From contig CAXXNO010000012.1 of NCBI GenBank assembly GCA_963663235.2, forward strand, positions 384,001 through 448,000: DNA of 64,000 bases. Reading direction: 5' to 3'. Source of the stretch: Dehalococcoidia bacterium. GTDB lineage: Bacteria; Chloroflexota; Dehalococcoidia; Bin125. Of this stretch, positions 1 through 9,064 are shown piece by piece. The translations under genes were made by a program, and so were the position numbers. The notes below the pieces were generated by a model that worked only from the letters and a program-made list of their open reading frames with translations, was not told the DNA's origin and did no database searches. The number at the start of each line of letters is the position of its first letter. Position 1 is the first letter of the stretch.

Positions 1-210
1 CGCTTTCCCGGCCGCAGCGCCGATGACCTGCGCCGGGCCCTCCTCGCCGGCCTCACCGTGGCCGAGATGCGCACGGCCATGGGACTGCGAGAGATCGGAG
101 CGCGACGCCTAACCGAACTGCAGCTGCGTGCGCTGATTGCAACACCGCGCAACGCCGTCTGGCGTCCCCTGCGATCGCGCCTGGACCGCCGCCGGCAAGG
201 CATCGGCTGA
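1..210 (+). CDS. 3' end of an unknown CDS truncated by the window edge
   Basis: Frame 1 is open from base 1 (RFPGRSADDLRRALLAG...RRQGIG) to TGA at 208-210, with GC-rich third codon positions. Confidence 0.5.
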   Translation, partial: RFPGRSADDLRRALLAGLTVAEMRTAMGLREIGARRLTELQLRALIATPRNAVWRPLRSRLDRRRQGIG

Positions 211-359
211 CGATTACAGCGGTCAGTCCGGGCGCCGTTGTCCCGCCGTCCGCGTCCACGCGCACACCCCACACCTAGCCGCCAAGTGATCGCCCTGTAT
301 CATCGCCCCCGCGGGCCGATCGTCCGGACGCAGCGGACGGACGCGGTCTTGCGGAAAGA

Positions 360-1007
360 ATGCGCGTGTCCCTCATTCCGCACTCCCTGCCTCCCGGCCT
401 GGGACGACGGCTCGGCGAAACGGCGGCGCGCACCCGGCTGAGCCCCAACGCGCTCACGTGCATCGGACTCGTGGGTCACGGCGGAGCCGCGGCGCTCGCG
501 GCGTACGGTCACTTCTGGCAGGCGGGGCTCGTGCTTGTATTCGCCTCCGCCTTCGACCTCCTCGACGGCGCAGTCGCCCGCGCCACCGGCCGCGCCACGC
601 GGGGCGGCGCGATCCTGGACGCCGTCGCCGACCGGGTCGCCGAATTCGCGATGCTCTTGGGGTTGCTCGTCTGGTTCAGCACCCCCAATCATTTTGACCG
701 CGAGACGATCATTCTGCTGGGCGTGGTCCTGGCCGGCTCGATGCTGGTGCCCTACACGCGCAGCAAGGCGGCGGAGTTCGGAGTTCCACTCCCCCACCAG
801 GGCCTGGGCACCCGCGATTCGCGCGTGGTGATCCTGAGCATCGGCCTGTTCGCCAACGAGATCACCGCGGTGCTCTGGATCCTGGCGGTGTTCACGAACC
901 TCACCGCCTTGCAGCGGCTGGCCCAGGCGCTTTGGGCCGTCCGCCATGACGATGGCTCTGAGCGTGAGAGCGGGAACGCCGAGGAATCCGAGATCGACCG
1001 CCCCTGA
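360..1007 (+). CDS. CDP-alcohol phosphatidyltransferase family protein
   Basis: Signature DxxDGxxAR...GxxxDxxxD (FDLLDGAVAR...GAILDAVAD), SPNALT motif, hydrophobic helices. Confidence 0.9.
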   Translation: MRVSLIPHSLPPGLGRRLGETAARTRLSPNALTCIGLVGHGGAAALAAYGHFWQAGLVLVFASAFDLLDGAVARATGRATRGGAILDAVADRVAEFAMLLGLLVWFSTPNHFDRETIILLGVVLAGSMLVPYTRSKAAEFGVPLPHQGLGTRDSRVVILSIGLFANEITAVLWILAVFTNLTALQRLAQALWAVRHDDGSERESGNAEESEIDRP

Positions 1008-1030
1008 CGGGCGATTGAACGGAGATACCC

Positions 1031-1849
1031 ATGCCCATCCCAGCCGGCGAGCTGGCCGCCATCCAGGAACGCCTCGAGGCCGAGCTGCGCGCACCCGTCA
1101 AGGTCGACTACTTCTATCAGCGGAAGAGCGCCCTGCTGGTGCCCGGCCAGGAGCCCTGTCGCAGTTGCGAGGAGGTGAAGACGGTCCTGGAGCAGATCGC
1201 GACGCTGTCCGATCGGATCGACCTTCACGTGTACGAGTTCCAGGACGAACAAGCGCTGGCGCGCAAGCGCAGCATCGACCGGGTTCCGGGCATCGTCCTG
1301 CGCGGCGAGATCAACCGCCCCCTGCGCTTCTTCGGCTTACCCGGCGGCGTCTTTTTCCCCGTCTTCCTCCAGGCGATGTTCGAGGCGGCCAGCCCCCCGA
1401 CCGAGCCGCCGGTGGACGTCTTGCGGCCGCTGAAGAAGCTGCGCGCTCCCGTAAGCCTACGCGTCTTCGGATCGCCGAGCGACGAAGCATCTGGCGTAGC
1501 GGCGCTGCTGGTCTATCGATTGGCCCTGGCGTCGCCACGCGTTGATGCCGCGGTCTACGACATCGACGAGTTCCCGGCGTTGGCGGAGCAATTCGGCGTG
1601 CGGGCCGTGCCCGCCACAATCATCGACGATCGCACCGGCCTCGCGGGCGTTGTGGAGAACGGGGCCGATCTGGCGGCCTATCTGTTGGAGCGCCAAGCGC
1701 ATCCGCAGAGAGCGAGCCTGCACCTGCCCAAAGTGCGAGCAGGAAGCGCGCGCCCATGGGCACCCCCAGAGACGGGAGCGAGCGAAGGCCAGCCGACGGC
1801 ACCGGGAGAGCGCCGCACCCCCGGCGGCCTGATCCTGCCGGGCCTCTAG
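1031..1849 (+). CDS. Protein disulfide oxidoreductase-like (two thioredoxin folds; AhpF-N/PDO type)
   Basis: N-terminal CRSC, IDRVP, FFGLPGG, EFPALAEQFGVRAVP; GGAG RBS upstream. Confidence 0.75.
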   Translation: MPIPAGELAAIQERLEAELRAPVKVDYFYQRKSALLVPGQEPCRSCEEVKTVLEQIATLSDRIDLHVYEFQDEQALARKRSIDRVPGIVLRGEINRPLRFFGLPGGVFFPVFLQAMFEAASPPTEPPVDVLRPLKKLRAPVSLRVFGSPSDEASGVAALLVYRLALASPRVDAAVYDIDEFPALAEQFGVRAVPATIIDDRTGLAGVVENGADLAAYLLERQAHPQRASLHLPKVRAGSARPWAPPETGASEGQPTAPGERRTPGGLILPGL

Positions 1850-3486
1850 GTCTGCGTCCCGCCCTCCGAGTCATCGGGGCGGGGGAACGTCAGCGTCTCG
1901 ACACCGTCGTCTCCCGGGACCTCGGTCGAGCCCTCTGGCGGGGGCGCCGTCGACGCAAGAGGCTCTGGTGTCATCGGCGCACTCGACGGGAGCGTCAGCG
2001 GAGGCGCGGGGCCGGCTTCAGACGCGGCGGGCACCGGCCCCGGCCGTGTCCGACCAAGGAGCAGCCACAGCAGCAGCACGGCCAGTATCAGCACACCGCC
2101 GCTTACGCCTGTGACGACCTCGTCGGTCGGAAACTCGCCGCCGGTTGAAAACGGGGCCGGCAGCCGGCGGGTGCGCTGCCGCTCTTCGATCTCCGCCCGG
2201 CGCGCGGCGATTTCGTCATCCGTCCGTTCGACGGCGATATCCTCAGGGGTCGATTCGGTGACCTCCTCCGAGGGCGACGCCGCGTCCTCGGTCGCGCCCT
2301 CCACCGGCGCGACTTGCACGAGTTCGTCTTCGATCCGCGTGGAGCGGTCCTCCCCGCGGACCAGCGGCGCCAGGCCGACGCTCGCCCGGAAGGCCTCTTC
2401 CAAACCGTCGCGGTCGAAGCCGAACACCTGAAGGAGCGCATTGTCGGTCGTGTTGCCTTCTTGAATGACACGGAAGAGTTCGGCGAATACTTCCTCGCCG
2501 AACTCGGCGATGAGGAAAGTGACGATCGCCGCGGACTGCGCGTAGAAGAGTTCGACTTTGGCCGGGTCGCCGGGGTTGCTGCTGATGCCGCGCACAGTGA
2601 GCAGGGCGTCCCGATCGATCGCCGTGTTCAAGGAGAAGCCGCGACGGTTGAGCCAGTCGCCCTCCGCGTAGGTCGCGGTTCCCTCGTCGAGCCAAGCCGG
2701 TAGCCGGCCGATCCCGGCTTCGCCGGCGGCGTGCGTCAAAACGTGCGTCAGTTCATGGGCCACCACCCATTGAGTGGGGGCGAAGATGTGGATCAGATCA
2801 GCCAGCACGCGGCTGCCCAAGGTATCGATCAGCATCTCGAACGTTTCGCTCTGGACATGCTCCACGCCGCGCGCGTCGGCCACGCTGCTCCAGACGTAGA
2901 GGTTGATGGGAAAGTCGGGTTCAATGCCGAGAAGTCGCGACATCTCCTCGATCGTTTCCGCGCCGAAACTGAGCAGCCGACGTGCGGTCGCCTCATCTTC
3001 GTAGTAACGGATGAACAAGTTCCCCTCTTGGATCTGGAGCCACTCGTAGCGCGGATCTTCGTAACGGAAGACCCTCTGCTCGGTCTCGATCACCAAGCCG
3101 TCACTCAACGTCACTTGCCACTGCCACTCGATGTCCGCGCCCGCCGGGATATAGCCACGCCCCTGGTTTGTCGGAACATCCGTCACGAAGCGGACGATCT
3201 CGCCGGCGGTTACTTCGGCAGGCGCGCGAGTCACCGCACCCTCCGGCCGCACCCGGTAGAAGAGCACAGCCTCCGTCACCTCACCCCCGCCGGGCAGGAT
3301 GGCGCTGAACTCCAGATGCGTGGGGAAGTTGTTGGCGATCTGCGCGCCGCTGATCTCGGGCCCGCCTTGCGCAGCCAGCGGCCCGCCACCACCGGCAAAG
3401 GCCGCTAGGGCCAGCATCAGCAGAGCTGCGGCGACCAGCCGGCTGGGCCGGTGGCCTAGGCGCCTTGAGGGTCGAAACAAGCTCAC
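1846..3486 (-). CDS. Peptidase MA family zinc metallohydrolase, secreted with C-terminal membrane anchor
   Basis: Signal peptide; HELTH...LPAWLDEGTA gluzincin motif; YAQS; C-terminal TM helix. Confidence 0.8.
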   Translation of the reverse strand: MSLFRPSRRLGHRPSRLVAAALLMLALAAFAGGGGPLAAQGGPEISGAQIANNFPTHLEFSAILPGGGEVTEAVLFYRVRPEGAVTRAPAEVTAGEIVRFVTDVPTNQGRGYIPAGADIEWQWQVTLSDGLVIETEQRVFRYEDPRYEWLQIQEGNLFIRYYEDEATARRLLSFGAETIEEMSRLLGIEPDFPINLYVWSSVADARGVEHVQSETFEMLIDTLGSRVLADLIHIFAPTQWVVAHELTHVLTHAAGEAGIGRLPAWLDEGTATYAEGDWLNRRGFSLNTAIDRDALLTVRGISSNPGDPAKVELFYAQSAAIVTFLIAEFGEEVFAELFRVIQEGNTTDNALLQVFGFDRDGLEEAFRASVGLAPLVRGEDRSTRIEDELVQVAPVEGATEDAASPSEEVTESTPEDIAVERTDDEIAARRAEIEERQRTRRLPAPFSTGGEFPTDEVVTGVSGGVLILAVLLLWLLLGRTRPGPVPAASEAGPAPPLTLPSSAPMTPEPLASTAPPPEGSTEVPGDDGVETLTFPRPDDSEGGTQT

Positions 3487-4602
3487 CGCACGCCGTCGGT
3501 CTGCGTCTCCCCCACCTGCGACTGAAGGTACGCCGTCAGCAGGGGATCCAGAACGCCGTCCAAGACCCGCTCCGGATCCGATGCTTCGTACTCCGTTCGC
3601 AGGTCCTTGACCATCTTATAGGGGTGCAGCACGTATGAGCGGATCTGATTACCCCAGCCCGCCTCCACGTGCTCACCCTTCAGCTTGCTCCGCTCTTCCT
3701 CCAAACGCTCTACCTCTTGCTCTAGGAGTCGCGCCTCCAAGACGCGCATGGCGCTCTCCTTGTTGCGGTAAAGCGAGCGCTCGTTCTGGCAGGTGACCAC
3801 GGTGCCGCTGGGGCGGTGGGTGATGCGCACGGCGGTGGCGTTCTTCTGCACGCTCTGACCGCCGTGTCCGCCCGCACGGAAGACGTCGATTCGCAAGTCG
3901 TCGGGGCCGATGTGCACCTCGGCCTTGCCTTCCACCTCCGGCATAACCTCCACCAAGGCGAACGAGGTGTGGCGGGCGTGCGCGGCATCGAAGGGCGAGA
4001 GCCGCACCAGACGGTGGACGCCACGCTCGCTGCGCAGCCAACCGTAGGCGTACCGTCCGTCAATCTCGATCGTGGTGCTCTTAATCCCTGCTTCGTCTCC
4101 AAGGCTCGTGTCGACGACCGTAGCGGTGAAGCCGCGCCGGTCGACCCAACGCAAATACATCCGCTGGAGCATCTCCGCCCAGTCCTGCGACTCCGTACCG
4201 CCCGCCCCGGCGTGGATCGCCAGCACCGCGTTGCGAACGTCGTAGGGGCCACGGAACGCCAGCTCGAACTCAAGCGCCGCCAGCTCCCGCTCGACAGCGG
4301 CGACATCGTCGGTCAAGTCGCCGATCACCGTCGTGTCGCTCTCGGCGGCGGCCAAGCTCAGCAACTCCGCCGCCTCGTCCAGCCGACGCTCCAGGCCTCG
4401 CCACGTCTCTACCAACCGCTGCCGGTCTGCCAAGCGCTGCAGCCCGGCGCGGGCCCGGTCTGGCTCATCCCAGAACTCGGGGATGGCGGCGGCGCGCTGC
4501 AGGTCGGCAACCTCCCGCTCGACGGCGGGCAGGTCAAAGACGCTCCAAGATGTCCGACACTCGGCGGCGCCGATCAGCGATACGCTCGCGCAGCTCGTCC
4601 AC
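3483..4602 (-). CDS. prfB: Peptide chain release factor 2 with programmed +1 frameshift
   Basis: SPF and GGQ motifs. True start is GTG at 4602 (MDELRERIADRRRRVSDILERL), then CTT-TGA-C at 4539-4533 with an internal GGAG SD, continuing in the +1 frame as DLPAVERE. Confidence 0.95.
4533..4547 (-). promoter_or_regulatory. prfB +1 frameshift site (GGAG..CTT TGA C)
   Basis: Minus strand reads TTGGAGCGTCTTTGACCTG, the canonical RF2 autoregulatory slippery stop. Confidence 0.92.
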
Positions 4603-4700
4603 GTGGTTGCCCCCGGCCTCGACGCTCTTTCCACCGGCCGCCCTGGTGGGCCGGTGGTAAAACAGCCGTACTTCCAGTTTAGCGACCGGCGGGAGCCCGT

Positions 4701-5597
4701 CTATCCACGCCGGTATTGGCGCGCGGCGCGCACGACGTTAGTCAGAAGCATGGTCACCGTCATCGGCCCCACGCCGCCCGGCACCGGCGTAATGAACGAC
4801 GCCTTTTCGCGCACTGCGTCGAAGTCGACGTCGCCCACCAGACGGTAGCCGCGCTGCTTGCTGGCATCCTCAACGCGGTTGACTCCCACGTCCACCACCA
4901 CGACGCCCGAGCGCACCATCTCCGCGCCGATCATGCGCGGCCGCCCCGCGGCCGCCACCAGAATATCGGCCTGGCGAGTGAGCGCCGCGAGATCGGGGGT
5001 CGCGGTGTGACAGACGGTGACCGTGGCGTTGGCGCCCGCGCGCTTCTGCAGCAGCATGACCGCCAGCGGCATGCCGACCAGGGTGGAGCGGCCGACGATC
5101 ACCACGTGCTTATGCCCCGGATCGTTGCCGGTCCGCACGAGCAGTTGCTGGACACCGTGCGGAGTGGCGGGCAGGAAGCGCGGACGGCCCTGCAAGAGGC
5201 GGCCCTGGTTCTGGGGGTGCAAGCCGTCCACATCCTTCGTGGGCTCGAGCGCTTCGAGCAGCGAGTCCGCGTCAACGCCCTCGGGCAGGGGCAACTGCAC
5301 GATGATCCCGTCGACGGAAGCGTCGCGATTGAGCCGCGCGATCAGATCGCGCACGGTGGCGCCAATGTCGTCGGGGTCTCCGGCGCCGGAGAGCCGATGG
5401 ACCTCCGTTCGCACGCCAATCTCCTCGCTGGCAGCGGCCTTGGCGGTCACGTAGGAGTGCGAAGCGGGGTCGTCGCCGACCAGGATGACCGCCAGGCCGG
5501 GCAAGAGCCCGTCCGCTTTCAGCGCGCTCACCTGTATGGCCAGTTCGCGGCGGATGTTGGCGCTGACGGCCTTCCCGTCGATGAGTTGAGCGGTCAC
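4701..5597 (-). CDS. folD: Methylenetetrahydrofolate dehydrogenase/cyclohydrolase
   Basis: IDGK, LAVILVGDDPAS, KDVDGLHP, TPVPGGVGPMT. Confidence 0.97.
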   Translation of the reverse strand: MTAQLIDGKAVSANIRRELAIQVSALKADGLLPGLAVILVGDDPASHSYVTAKAAASEEIGVRTEVHRLSGAGDPDDIGATVRDLIARLNRDASVDGIIVQLPLPEGVDADSLLEALEPTKDVDGLHPQNQGRLLQGRPRFLPATPHGVQQLLVRTGNDPGHKHVVIVGRSTLVGMPLAVMLLQKRAGANATVTVCHTATPDLAALTRQADILVAAAGRPRMIGAEMVRSGVVVVDVGVNRVEDASKQRGYRLVGDVDFDAVREKASFITPVPGGVGPMTVTMLLTNVVRAARQYRRG

Positions 5598-5683
5598 ACC
5601 AGGATGCTAGGTCTGCCTTGGATGTGCGGCAATGAGGCGGACCCTCGAAGGAGCGCGCAGGCCGCGTGCTAGAATCCCCGCCG

Positions 5684-6085
5684 ATGACGAGTTACAGTGC
5701 GGGCGTAGACCTCATCACCATCAGCCGCATCCGCGACGTGCTGGAACGACACGGTGATCGCTTCCTGCAGCGGGTCTACACTCGGCGCGAGATCGATTAC
5801 TGCGGCGGCCGCGTCCACGAGCTCGCCGCGCGCTTCGCGGCCAAAGAGGCAGTCATGAAAGCGCTCGGCACCGGCGTGCGCGGTGTCGGCTGGCGCGAGA
5901 TCGAGATCCTAGCCAACGGCCGCGGAAAGCCGCAGGTGCTGCTACACCGTCGGGCCCTCGCGCGCGCAAACCGCCTCGGCCTGGAAGCGCTTGAAATCAG
6001 CCTCACTCACGAGGGCGGCCTCGCCTGCGCCATGGTCGTAGGAGCGTCAAGCGAGTCGACGGCCGGCCGCCGGGAACAGTCGTGA
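5684..6085 (+). CDS. acpS: Holo-ACP synthase (phosphopantetheinyl transferase)
   Basis: GVDL, LAARFAAKEAVMKALGTG, ISLTH; ATG 5684 lies 8 nt after TAGAAT (likely leaderless). Confidence 0.95.
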   Translation: MTSYSAGVDLITISRIRDVLERHGDRFLQRVYTRREIDYCGGRVHELAARFAAKEAVMKALGTGVRGVGWREIEILANGRGKPQVLLHRRALARANRLGLEALEISLTHEGGLACAMVVGASSESTAGRREQS

Positions 6086-7719
6086 AACTGGTGACCAGCG
6101 CCCAAATGCGCGATCTGGAGGCTGGGGCAAGGGCCGCAGGCGTCGACATGGACACCCTGATGGCCAACGCCGGGCTGGCCGTTGCGCAAGAGGCCTGGAT
6201 GCAACTCGGCCAGGTCGCGGAGCGGAGGATCCTTGTTCTCGTGGGCCCGGGCAACAACGGCGGTGACGGCCTGGTGGCGGCCCGCCATCTCGCCGAATGG
6301 CAGGGTGCCGTGCGTTGCTATGCCCTCACGCCCCGCGACGACCCCCAGTGGCAGGCGACGGTCGAGGCAGGGCTCTCCTGCACAGACGCCGCCAGCGACA
6401 GCGGCTTCGCCACGCTGGAGGCGTGGCTCGACGACGCCGAACTGGTGATCGACGCGCTGCTGGGCACGGGCCACGCCCGCCCCATCGCTGGCGACCTGGC
6501 CGAGATTCTCAGCCGCCTGGCGCAGACCCGGGCGCGGCCCAGCGGCCCCAAACTGGTGGCTGTCGACCTCCCCACCGGCCTCGACGCCGACAGCGGCCGC
6601 GTGGACCCACTCGCCGTCGAGCCGGACGAGACCGTGACCTTCCAAGTGGCCAAGCTCGGGCTCTATACGCAACCGGGCGCTGCCGTCGCGGGGTCGCTGG
6701 AGGTGGTTGATATCGGAATCCCGCCGGAGCTGGGGCTCGACCTCCCGATCGAGCTCCTGGAACGACGGCAGGCCAAAACGCTTCTGCCCTCGCGCCCCGC
6801 CGACGCCAACAAGGGGACGTTCGGACGCGTGTTGGTCGTCGCCGGCTCACGCCAGTACCCGGGCGCCGCGATTCTTGCGGCGTCGGCCGCGTACCGCGTG
6901 GGGGCGGGGCTGGTCACGCTGGCGACGCCGGCGTCGCTGATCCGCGGCGTCGTTGCGGCGATGCCGGAGGTTACCTACCTTCCCTTGCCCGAGCCGGCCG
7001 GGGGCGGCGTTCCCGATGTCGAGTCGCTGTTTCCGATCACGCAAGCCCTGCCGGACTACGACGCTTTGGTGGTCGGCTGCGGCCTGGGGCTTGATCCGGT
7101 CACCCAGGTATTCGTGCGCACCCTGCTCCGGCATACGGCACTGCGTGATCTGAAAGGGATCGTGGTCGATGCCGACGGACTCAACGCCCTGGCAGGAACC
7201 GAGTGGTCCAGCCAGATCGCCGCGCCTTTCGTGGTCACCCCCCACCCGGGCGAGATGGCCCGCCTGGCCGAGAGCGACGTGGCGGCGGTGCAGAGCGCCC
7301 GCGTGGACGTTGCGCTGGCGCGCGCGGCGGAGTGGAGAGGGACGGTGGTGCTCAAGGGAGCCAATACGGTTGTCGCTTCACGGGACGGCCGCGCTCGGGT
7401 GAGCGAAGTGGCGCACGCCGGCCTCGCTACGGCCGGCACGGGCGACGTGCTCTCGGGGGCCATCGGCGGTCTGCTGGCGCAGGGGCTGCCTCCATTCGAC
7501 GCCGCGTCGCTGGCGGTGTACCTGCACGGCGACGCCGGCGTGCGTGCCGGCGCCACAATGGGGACCGCAGGGATGCGTGCCGGGGATGTGCTGGCACAGC
7601 TGCCACTGGCGGGACGCTCGCTGGCGGGAGAGGATCGACCGGAGAGCAGCCGATTCAGCTTCGGGCCGCTGTCGACGGGAGGGACAGAGGTGGGGCACAA
7701 TCCAGAGGATGCGGGGTGA
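6082..7719 (+). CDS. nnr: Bifunctional NAD(P)HX epimerase/dehydratase
   Basis: GPGNNGGDG (YjeF-N), NKGTFG, DADGLN, TPHPGEMARL, LATAGTGDVL. Confidence 0.95.
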   Translation: MKLVTSAQMRDLEAGARAAGVDMDTLMANAGLAVAQEAWMQLGQVAERRILVLVGPGNNGGDGLVAARHLAEWQGAVRCYALTPRDDPQWQATVEAGLSCTDAASDSGFATLEAWLDDAELVIDALLGTGHARPIAGDLAEILSRLAQTRARPSGPKLVAVDLPTGLDADSGRVDPLAVEPDETVTFQVAKLGLYTQPGAAVAGSLEVVDIGIPPELGLDLPIELLERRQAKTLLPSRPADANKGTFGRVLVVAGSRQYPGAAILAASAAYRVGAGLVTLATPASLIRGVVAAMPEVTYLPLPEPAGGGVPDVESLFPITQALPDYDALVVGCGLGLDPVTQVFVRTLLRHTALRDLKGIVVDADGLNALAGTEWSSQIAAPFVVTPHPGEMARLAESDVAAVQSARVDVALARAAEWRGTVVLKGANTVVASRDGRARVSEVAHAGLATAGTGDVLSGAIGGLLAQGLPPFDAASLAVYLHGDAGVRAGATMGTAGMRAGDVLAQLPLAGRSLAGEDRPESSRFSFGPLSTGGTEVGHNPEDAG

Positions 7720-7804
7720 TCCGAGGCGATCCTGGAACCCTGACGTTCGTTACGATACTTGGCAAGCCTGACCCAGCACGTGCACCGACGAGGACGAGCC
7801 CACA

Positions 7805-9058
7805 GTGACAGAACCCAACGGGCAGCGAGTTGTGGTCACGGGCATGGGAGCGCTCACTCCCGTTGGCATCGGCGTGCCTGCGACGTGGGAAGCGCTCCTG
7901 GCCGGGAATAGCGGGATCGGCCATATCTCGCTGTTCGACCCCAGTCGCGTCAAGGTGAAGATCGCCGGCGAAGTGCCGGACTTTGATCCAGAGCGCTACA
8001 TGTCCCGCAAACAGGCCCGGCGTCTGGACCGCTTCGCCCAGTTGGCCGTGGCGGCGGCGCTGGAAGCGCGGGACGACGCGGGGCTGGTCATCGACGACCG
8101 CAACGCCGAGGAGGTGGGGGTCATGGTGGGCAGCGGCATCGGCGGCGTCATGACCATGGAGAACGGCATCCACGACCTCTTTCACAAGGGGCCGGACCGG
8201 CTCAGCCCCTTCATCGTGACGATGATGCTGCCGAACATGGCCAGCGGGCAAGTCAGCATATTCCTCCGAGCGCGCGGCCCGAACCTGGCGACCACGAGCG
8301 CGTGCTCCAGCGGGTCCGACGCTATCGGCGTGGCCGCGGCCACTATCCGCCGGGGTGACGCTTCCGTCATCTTGGCCGGAGGCGCGGAGGCGCCGATCTG
8401 CGAGATCGGCATCGGGGGCTTCCACGCCGTCCGAGCGCTCTCCACCCACAACGCAGAGCCGCGCAAGGCGTCCCGCCCGTTCGACTTGCACCGTGACGGC
8501 TTCGTCATGGGCGAAGGCGCTGGCGTGCTCGTCCTGGAAGATGCCGAGCACGCACAGGATCGCGGCGCCCGCATCCTGGCCGAGCTCGTCGGGTACCACA
8601 ACGTCAGCGACGCGTACCACATCACGCAGCCCGCAGAAGACAGCGGCGGCAGCGTCCGCGCCATGGCCGGCGCTATCGCCCGTGCGGGGCTGGAGCCCAG
8701 CGAAATCGACTACATCAATGCGCACGGCACTTCCACTCCGATCAACGACCGCAACGAGACCGTTGCGATCAAGGCGGTCTTTGGCGAGGCGGCATACGAT
8801 ATCCCCGTCTCCTCGACTAAATCGATGATCGGGCACCTCATGGGCGCGACCGGCGCCATCGAGGCCATCGCGTGCATCAAGTCCATCAACGAGGGAATCG
8901 TGCACCCCACCATCAACCTGGAGACGCCTGATCCGGATTGCGACCTCGACTACGTGCCCAACACCGCGCGTCGAGTCAACGTGGACGTGGCGCTCAGCAA
9001 CTCGATGGGTTTTGGCGGGCACAACGCGTGTCTCGTGCTCAAACGCTGGGAGCCGTAG
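7805..9058 (+). CDS. fabF: 3-oxoacyl-ACP synthase II
   Basis: RVVVTGMG, SACSSG, INAHGTST, STKSMIGH, NSMGFGGHN. Confidence 0.96.
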   Translation: MTEPNGQRVVVTGMGALTPVGIGVPATWEALLAGNSGIGHISLFDPSRVKVKIAGEVPDFDPERYMSRKQARRLDRFAQLAVAAALEARDDAGLVIDDRNAEEVGVMVGSGIGGVMTMENGIHDLFHKGPDRLSPFIVTMMLPNMASGQVSIFLRARGPNLATTSACSSGSDAIGVAAATIRRGDASVILAGGAEAPICEIGIGGFHAVRALSTHNAEPRKASRPFDLHRDGFVMGEGAGVLVLEDAEHAQDRGARILAELVGYHNVSDAYHITQPAEDSGGSVRAMAGAIARAGLEPSEIDYINAHGTSTPINDRNETVAIKAVFGEAAYDIPVSSTKSMIGHLMGATGAIEAIACIKSINEGIVHPTINLETPDPDCDLDYVPNTARRVNVDVALSNSMGFGGHNACLVLKRWEP

Positions 9059-9064
9059 CGCACG

